From IMG/VR virus record IMGVR_UViG_3300011202_000008: a stretch of DNA of 64,000 nt; one strand, written 5' to 3'. Positions 57,835-64,000 of this stretch are shown here, piece after piece (within the stretch, counting starts at the first letter, position 1; the number at the start of each line of letters is the position of its first letter). Position numbers and translations under genes: made by a program. Source of the DNA: an uncultured virus (IMG/VR IMGVR_UViG_3300011202_000008) (taxonomy: Duplodnaviria > Heunggongvirae > Uroviricota > Caudoviricetes). The notes beneath the pieces are model-generated. The model was not told the DNA's origin. It was given only the letters and a program-made list of their open reading frames with translations, and did no database searches.

Positions 57835-59043
57835 TTATTTCATCTTCCTACTTCTGATTATTGCAGGTTCTTTTTCGTTTTCCAATTTTGGTAGATCCAA
57901 ATAAGCCAAACTATAATCTTGAAGTTTATTTCTTTCAAAATAAGTTATTAAATCTGGTTCTTTTCCTCTTAATGAGATTAATACAAAACCTTTTAATGGA
58001 TTATCAGGCATTTCATTATTTATCTTCAAAGCAGCAGTCTTCATATCAAGACCTTTTAATAATTCAACGTTTTCTGCTATATATGTTTCCATTTTATTTA
58101 GTTCTGCTAATACATTACTTTCTATCGATTCAAGTTTAGTAATATCATAACCATCTGTTTTTAAAGCACCCTTTACATCATCAAGAGTGCCGTCTAAGAA
58201 CATTTTAGCAACATCTCTTTCTCTTAATCCAGCTTCTGCTCTATGTTGGGCATTATACCAGTCACTTTTTATTTTAATCATTCTTCCATCATTAAATTGC
58301 ATTACATATCCTTCAATGCCTTCAATAACTTTTAAATCTTCCAAAACAGAATCTATATCAAGTACACCTTTTTCTGTTTGCTTAAGATTTAATGGAGCTA
58401 ACCTTCTAACATTGTGTTTCTCAACTAATGCTGTTAAGTCAGGATCATTAAATGGAATATAACTACCTGTTTTTATATGTCTTACATGAAGTAAAACAAC
58501 ATCCATTTTTTTATGACTAATAACTATCGTATTTTCAGGATCTGTAAACTCAAATACTGGAGTAAACTCATCAACTAATTCATTACAGAATTTTAGAATA
58601 TTCTGATTTTCTGGTTTTGATAAAAATTGAGTTGCTCTTTTAGCTTCATTACTTAAAAAGCTTTTCTTTGTTTTTACAGCAAGATTACCATTAACCCTAT
58701 GTAGGGAAATCATTGTTCCATCTATTTTATCCCAAATAGAGAAAATATCTGAAAATTTTACATTACTCTTTAATGTATCTTCTCTTTCTCCAAGATTGAA
58801 AAACTTATGCAGTGGTCTACCAATAATATTGCCAGTCTCTTTATCAAATGTAATACCCCTTGCCTCACAAGCTAATGGATCTTTAAAAGTATTTCTGTCT
58901 GAAATATTGTAAGCTACAGATAATGTTCCAAGACCACTATCTATTAATCTTAATTCTGGTCTTGCTTCTAAAACAGGTTTCATTTGTGAAAGATTTTCAA
59001 TGTATGGAAAATCCGTTTCTGGCACTTTAATTTTTATAGTCAT
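57835..59043 (-). CDS. T4 Rnl1 (RnlA)-family RNA ligase
   Basis: EARGITFD, RPLHKFFNLGE, motif I KIDGT, FEF, EGYV, KIKSDWY. Confidence 0.88.
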   Translation of the reverse strand: MTIKIKVPETDFPYIENLSQMKPVLEARPELRLIDSGLGTLSVAYNISDRNTFKDPLACEARGITFDKETGNIIGRPLHKFFNLGEREDTLKSNVKFSDIFSIWDKIDGTMISLHRVNGNLAVKTKKSFLSNEAKRATQFLSKPENQNILKFCNELVDEFTPVFEFTDPENTIVISHKKMDVVLLHVRHIKTGSYIPFNDPDLTALVEKHNVRRLAPLNLKQTEKGVLDIDSVLEDLKVIEGIEGYVMQFNDGRMIKIKSDWYNAQHRAEAGLRERDVAKMFLDGTLDDVKGALKTDGYDITKLESIESNVLAELNKMETYIAENVELLKGLDMKTAALKINNEMPDNPLKGFVLISLRGKEPDLITYFERNKLQDYSLAYLDLPKLENEKEPAIIRSRKMK

Positions 59044-59167
59044 CTATTTATCCTTTTTAACATGATATTTTACTATTATACTTGGTAAATTATTTTTCGT
59101 ATAGCATTAAAACAAAAAAGCCCGAAATTTCTATTTCAGGCTTTAGGTATTTTTTAACTTGAATATT

Positions 59168-59470
59168 CTATTTAGAGAGTTTAGAATGAAGAATAAAACC
59201 AACTTCTGTTATATTTGTTTTTATACCTTGTCGCCACGATTCTTCAAAAATCAAATTCCACTCTTGCTTAAATGCCATTTCATTTAGCTTACTTTTACCT
59301 ACACCTTTTAGAAAATTATGAACATCCTGTTTAAACTGCTTCATTATGATAACTTTATCATTTTTATTTAATGCCTTATCAAATCTATTTTGATGGAACC
59401 AACATAAAAAGTTCAGTTCTTCTGGATTTGTTTCTATCTTTGTATAATTTCTTAGTTTAGTATTGCTCAT
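59168..59470 (-). CDS. Hypothetical protein
   Basis: ORF directly downstream of MYG1; GGAG RBS before MSNTK. Confidence 0.55.
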   Translation of the reverse strand: MSNTKLRNYTKIETNPEELNFLCWFHQNRFDKALNKNDKVIIMKQFKQDVHNFLKGVGKSKLNEMAFKQEWNLIFEESWRQGIKTNITEVGFILHSKLSK

Positions 59471-59474
59471 ATTA

Positions 59475-60389
59475 TTACTCCGCCTTTTCAATATTAATAA
59501 TGGTTTTTGCTAACTCTTTTACTTCCTGTTCTGAACCTTCTAAAACACAAATAAAACCACCTTTATGACAAAAACGGAGATTAAAACCGGAGATATCTTT
59601 AAGTGCTTGCCCTTCTACTCCACACCATGCTTTAGGCATTCTTTGGCGAGAACTAAAGGGATCATTTATATCAGAAGGAATAGATTTTACTGACCATTCC
59701 ATTAACCCTTTTTCTTCATCTTTATAACCAGCAATATATAATTTTGCTTTTGATTTCTCTATAGCAATATCTCTACCACCCGGTAATGAATCATATACAA
59801 TCAAAAAATCTTCATGATTACCATCAATACTTTCTTTAATAGCTTTCTCAATTTTTTCATTGTTTTCTTTTTCTAATTCAGCTTTAAAGATAAGATTATC
59901 AATATAATCTTCTGCTGCTCTTAAAGCTTTTCTAAACTGTTTATTTTCAATAGTTCTATCATCAGAATGGTTGTAAGCTCTGAAAAACTTATTATCTTCC
60001 CAAATTTGTTTACCATTATCATGCTGATCAACAGTGTAAGCAAAATCTTCTAATTTCGAGATAGTATAATCTGAAATAGATTTTAATTTTCCTTCTTTTT
60101 TTAGCCATCTAAAAATAAGACCGCAAGAAGATAATGGTCCACCATTTTCCCACACCAAGTTAGGATCCGATTGATGATGATCAAAGTTTAGTTTTTCAGA
60201 ACTGTATTCACGACCAACATCAATAACAAAATCGTTACTGTTTTTGGCTACAGAAAGGATATTTTCATCGCGGGTTCGAATAACGTTGAGGTCTTCCACA
60301 GAAACATCAAAATGAAATCTTGCTAACAAGGCAATGGCCATTAATTCATCAGCATGAAAAGAATCACAATGGGTATAAATATTAATCAT
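59475..60389 (-). CDS. MYG1-family (DHH-like) nuclease/hydrolase
   Basis: THCDSFHADE, RTRD, IDVG, FDHHQ, LSSCGL, FCHKGGFI. Confidence 0.88.
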   Translation of the reverse strand: MINIYTHCDSFHADELMAIALLARFHFDVSVEDLNVIRTRDENILSVAKNSNDFVIDVGREYSSEKLNFDHHQSDPNLVWENGGPLSSCGLIFRWLKKEGKLKSISDYTISKLEDFAYTVDQHDNGKQIWEDNKFFRAYNHSDDRTIENKQFRKALRAAEDYIDNLIFKAELEKENNEKIEKAIKESIDGNHEDFLIVYDSLPGGRDIAIEKSKAKLYIAGYKDEEKGLMEWSVKSIPSDINDPFSSRQRMPKAWCGVEGQALKDISGFNLRFCHKGGFICVLEGSEQEVKELAKTIINIEKAE

Positions 60390-60531
60390 TAAAATAAGAC
60401 TCCTTATTATGTTACTTCTAATATTACATTAAAATAAGTGTAACAAAAGTCTTAGTTACTTACAACAAATATTTTTCCAGTTTTTTCCAAAAAAAAAGCA
60501 ACCCGCAGGTTGCTTCACATTTTTCTAATAT

Positions 60532-61113
60532 TTATTTTTTAGTTGCCATATACCAATAAAGAGCAATATTATTTGTTCCAGCGTTTAACTTACCTTCTTT
60601 TAACATTTTAAATGCTTCGTCAACAGAACATGTATAAATCTCAATCAATTCATCTTCTGTAGAACAACCAGCATACTCTGGAAGATTACTCAAATCAGCT
60701 TCCGCATAATAAAGACTAACTTTCTCACTACAAGCACCACAAGAAGGGTAATACTCAGAAATAAACTCAATGTTATGAAGTTCAGTAACACCAGCTTCTT
60801 CCATACTTTCACGTTTGATAGTTTCTACTGGATCTTCATTACCATCCAACATGCCAGCGACAACTTCATACATCCACGGCTGACCATTAGCATAGCTACC
60901 CGGACGAAACTGCTTAGTAAATAAAAATGTTTCTGTTTTAGGATCTTTAATCAGAACAGCAGCAGCATGACCACGATTAATCAACTCTCGTGTAAAAGGC
61001 TTAGTCCAGCTACCATCAGGCAGCTCTTGAGTAAGAGTTAACTTATCTACTTTAATAAAACCAGCATAGGCACGTTCTTTTGCTACTTCTTGAAAACCGA
61101 GTTGTTTAGTCAT
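60532..61113 (-). CDS. nudF: ADP-ribose pyrophosphatase (NudF-like), copy 1
   Basis: RGHAAAVL, QFRPG, EVVAGMLD...KRESMEEAG, YPSCG. Confidence 0.8.
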   Translation of the reverse strand: MTKQLGFQEVAKERAYAGFIKVDKLTLTQELPDGSWTKPFTRELINRGHAAAVLIKDPKTETFLFTKQFRPGSYANGQPWMYEVVAGMLDGNEDPVETIKRESMEEAGVTELHNIEFISEYYPSCGACSEKVSLYYAEADLSNLPEYAGCSTEDELIEIYTCSVDEAFKMLKEGKLNAGTNNIALYWYMATKK

Positions 61114-61223
61114 TTTTATTTACCTTTTTTATTATCCTCTATAGTTATTGATAATAATACAATAAGTAAGATAAAGCAAGTTTTATTTGCATTTAATGTA
61201 AAAAAAGAGGCTCCCATAGCCTC

Positions 61224-61820
61224 TTATATTTTTCCAAGCAATCTTTCTTTCATTAACCAATACAAAGCCGCATGTCCATTTGCTGTTCCAAATTTTCCTT
61301 TTTCAAGCCATTTAAAAGCTTCATCAACTGATATCAAAAGTGTTTCAATAACTTCATGTTCTTCTGGACAACCTCCATATTCAGGAACATTACTTAAATC
61401 AGCTTCTGCATAATATAAAAATACTTTTTCAGAGCAGCCCCCACAAGATGGATAATATTGAGAAACTTCTTTTATATTCTTTAGATTTTCTATACCAGCT
61501 TCTTCTTTTGCTTCTCTTCTAAGAGCTGTTATTCTATCCTCATCAGGATCTATTAATCCTGCGACCATTTCATAAATCCAAGGTTCATTTTGGATATATG
61601 ATCCAGCTCTTAATTGTTTCGTAAATAATAGAGTGTCTGTTTTAGGATCTCTAATTAATACAGCTACAGCATTTCTTCTATATATTACTTCTCTGCTGAA
61701 CTCTTCTGTCCATATTCCAAACACATCTTCTTGTTTAAAATAGATCTTATCTATTGCTAAAAAACCTTTATATACTCTTTCTCTTTTTATCTCTTTAAAC
61801 TTCAAATCATTATTATTCAT
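61224..61820 (-). CDS. nudF: ADP-ribose pyrophosphatase (NudF-like), copy 2
   Basis: AVAVLIRDP, EMVAGLID...RREAKEEAG, YPSCGGCSE. Confidence 0.8.
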   Translation of the reverse strand: MNNNDLKFKEIKRERVYKGFLAIDKIYFKQEDVFGIWTEEFSREVIYRRNAVAVLIRDPKTDTLLFTKQLRAGSYIQNEPWIYEMVAGLIDPDEDRITALRREAKEEAGIENLKNIKEVSQYYPSCGGCSEKVFLYYAEADLSNVPEYGGCPEEHEVIETLLISVDEAFKWLEKGKFGTANGHAALYWLMKERLLGKI

Positions 61821-61889
61821 TAATTGAAAATCCTATTTATCCTTAAAAATCCTTATTTTAAATTATAACAGATTCTTAATCTGATAAAA

Positions 61890-62135
61890 CTATAATTTTA
61901 TAATATTACTTACATATTCATTATTTTTTTCTATTTTGTATTTTATATTATTTTCTTTTAGTAAAAGAGATATACTATCAATATAATTTATAGGTACTTC
62001 GAAAACTTCCCTTGTTTCTCCATCTATTATTTTTTTCACTATAAATCTTATCGCTATATTTTGTTCTATTTGTGGTTCTAAATTTACAACAATCTCTAGT
62101 TTATCTTTAATCAGATCTTTAATTAACATACTCAC
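61890..62135 (-). CDS. Hypothetical protein
   Basis: 81 aa ORF with AGGAG RBS. Confidence 0.5.
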   Translation of the reverse strand: MSMLIKDLIKDKLEIVVNLEPQIEQNIAIRFIVKKIIDGETREVFEVPINYIDSISLLLKENNIKYKIEKNNEYVSNIIKL

Positions 62136-62426
62136 TCCTATTTTTATTCATAATATAATATGTATTTATTAAAAGCAAAAACTCATACTTTAATTATTTT
62201 AACGTTTTTGAAGCAGTATTCATATACAATCATTTTTACTCATAAATAATCACTTAATGATTAACAAAAAATCAGAAGTCTTTATTTTTAATCAATAAAT
62301 AAAAAAATATATAAAACATAAAGTTATATAGACCGAATAGCATAAAAAATTGGATTTTTACATTTTGATACATATACTAAAAATTTAAAGAATATATCAT
62401 ATATTTTTAAACCATTAGGAGTTCTT

Positions 62427-63953
62427 ATGTATTTAAATTATAAAAAAGGTTTTAGTCTATTAGAATTGATTTTAGTATTAGGTGTAGGGATCGCATTTGC
62501 TTTTATGAGATTTCAGGAAATGTTACAGCAACAAGACGAAATAAGAGCAAGCGTATCTGGAAAACAAATAAAACAAATAGGTGATGCTACAAATGGTTAT
62601 ATTTCTTTAAGATATGATAAAATTTCATCATTATCTAATGCAGCAGGAAACGGTACCGATCCGGGGCCAAGAAACTGTTCTGGAAATATCTGTACTATAA
62701 CATATCAAACTTTGGTTAATGAAGGTCTTCTTCCTTCAACATATGTTGCTAAGAATGGTTTTGGATCTGGATATAATATTCAAATTAGCCGTTCAGGTAT
62801 CAGTCCTAACTATATCATAGATGGTGTAGTATTAACCAATGCTGCTTGGGTTGAAGGCGGTAAAGTTCGGTATGATCTGTTGGGTAAAGCTATGCAGTCA
62901 GCAGGGATTGACAGTGGGGTAAGTAAAAATACAACCACTGTAAATGGGTATGGTGGTGGATGGAGTTCGTCTTCTTCGACCTATTCTTTAATAAATAAAA
63001 CTGGATTATTAGCTTATCGTACAGGATATAACTCTTTTGCTTATTCTGCTTATTTAAGACGTGATGGCACACTCCCTATGACCGGAAATCTTGATATGGG
63101 GGCCAATGATATCAATAATGCTAAAAATATTACAGCTTCTGGTAACGCATCCTTTGGGGGAACTGGAAACTTTATAGGAAATTTAATAACAATGGGGAGC
63201 GTTTTAGCAGCAAAAGAGCTAATAGCTCATAATGGTTATGGTGATGCTATTTATTTTGGTGGAGACACGGCAAACAATGATTATGAAATACGTTTAGGAG
63301 CACCTAAACAACTTACTATATATTCACCATCAGCAGGAAATTATACTACCGTATTACAAGTTAATAGAAACGTCAAAATAGATCAAAGACTTGGATTAAT
63401 GGGATACGATCCCAATGATATACCTATTGGATGGAATGGAGGCTTACGAACAGTTGATGTTTATGCTGAAGGAGCTATTGGAATAAAAAGAGCCAATGGT
63501 TCAGGAAATAGTGATTTAGCTTTTTCTGCTAACAATGATGGTAATGTTTTCTCATCTGGTAATATTACTACAAATCAAAGAGTTATAGCTAATGATATTC
63601 AAATTAAAAAAATATACTCTGTCGGCTCACCATGCACTCCAAATGGTCTTATTGGCATTAGTAGTGATGGTAACTCATTATCCTGTATTAACGGTTTATG
63701 GCAGAAAATATCTTTTAATTATTCTCAATATGAACTTACATACACTGCGCCTACAGAAGGAACTCAAGATATTATTCAAACTAAAGTTATGGGCAAACAT
63801 TTAGTTTGTTTTTTAACTGGAGATCAACATAATCCGGGGCTTCAAAAACACTCTTTAGTCTTTAGAAATGGCGATGAGTGGATTTTAGAACAGAGAATGA
63901 TAAAATGGCCTGCCCAAATCATAACATGGGCAAAAGCCACCTGCATTGACTAA
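62427..63953 (+). CDS. pilV: PilV-like type IVb pilus tip adhesin, second copy
   Basis: KKGFSLLE. The N-terminal ~240 aa closely match 20633-22159 (GTDPGPR.CSGN.C.ITYQTL.NEGLLPSTYVA); the distal part differs. Confidence 0.8.
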   Translation: MYLNYKKGFSLLELILVLGVGIAFAFMRFQEMLQQQDEIRASVSGKQIKQIGDATNGYISLRYDKISSLSNAAGNGTDPGPRNCSGNICTITYQTLVNEGLLPSTYVAKNGFGSGYNIQISRSGISPNYIIDGVVLTNAAWVEGGKVRYDLLGKAMQSAGIDSGVSKNTTTVNGYGGGWSSSSSTYSLINKTGLLAYRTGYNSFAYSAYLRRDGTLPMTGNLDMGANDINNAKNITASGNASFGGTGNFIGNLITMGSVLAAKELIAHNGYGDAIYFGGDTANNDYEIRLGAPKQLTIYSPSAGNYTTVLQVNRNVKIDQRLGLMGYDPNDIPIGWNGGLRTVDVYAEGAIGIKRANGSGNSDLAFSANNDGNVFSSGNITTNQRVIANDIQIKKIYSVGSPCTPNGLIGISSDGNSLSCINGLWQKISFNYSQYELTYTAPTEGTQDIIQTKVMGKHLVCFLTGDQHNPGLQKHSLVFRNGDEWILEQRMIKWPAQIITWAKATCID

Positions 63954-64000
63954 AATAAAGATGGAAAGGACTCCATTAATGTTGTACTGACATAAAAGAT

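Noticed and set aside
985..63804. Short overlapping or antisense ORFs in the track (e.g. 985-1269, 2361-2699, 35060-35503, 35905-36360, 58187-58462, 61090-61413)
   Set aside because: They are shadows of longer genes with clear motifs or RBSs and have no RBS or motif of their own.
1..64000. CRISPR array, iteron array, IS element or integrase
   Set aside because: No regularly spaced direct repeats, and no transposase or recombinase motifs were seen.
1..64000. Stop-codon reassignment as in some jumbo phages
   Set aside because: Recognisable enzymes are full length in the standard code and coding density is high.

Overview
A very AT-rich (below ~30% GC by eye), gene-dense 64 kb segment. It reads as part of a giant extrachromosomal element, either a conjugative megaplasmid or a jumbo-phage-like replicon, probably from an enterobacterial host (YafK/DpaA-like and PilV/PilS-like proteins, sigma70 promoters, a CRP-like site). 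I see no capsid, tail, replicase, relaxase, integrase, transposase, CRISPR array or rRNA in the window, so the replicon type is an inference. Recognisable cargo: two RNA ligases (Rnl2-like and T4 Rnl1-like), a P-loop kinase, a metallophosphoesterase, TrpRS, TilS, MYG1, a DEDDh exonuclease, three Nudix enzymes (two are tandem NudF paralogues), a MazG-like enzyme, NAD kinase, Ogt, three orphan DNA adenine methyltransferases, two MmcB-like nucleases, two full-length PilV-like adhesins, PilS-like pilins, TPR and PspA-like proteins, and several tandem arrays of paralogous membrane proteins. The most interesting signals lie outside the ORF track. (1) A Trp-codon leader peptide with a three-segment anti-SD switch upstream of trpS. 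(2) A promoter-to-terminator unit beside tilS with two tRNA-shaped modules that lack a normal anticodon loop. (3) Two promoter-driven structured ncRNAs sharing GGCAAGA...GCCACCA ends. (4) Basic C-terminal tails on unrelated proteins, including both RNA ligases, that could be translocation signals. (5) A tilS gene with no ATA codons in an ATA-rich element. Together these suggest an element-encoded system for protecting or supplementing translation. Family assignments come from motif recognition; no database search was run.
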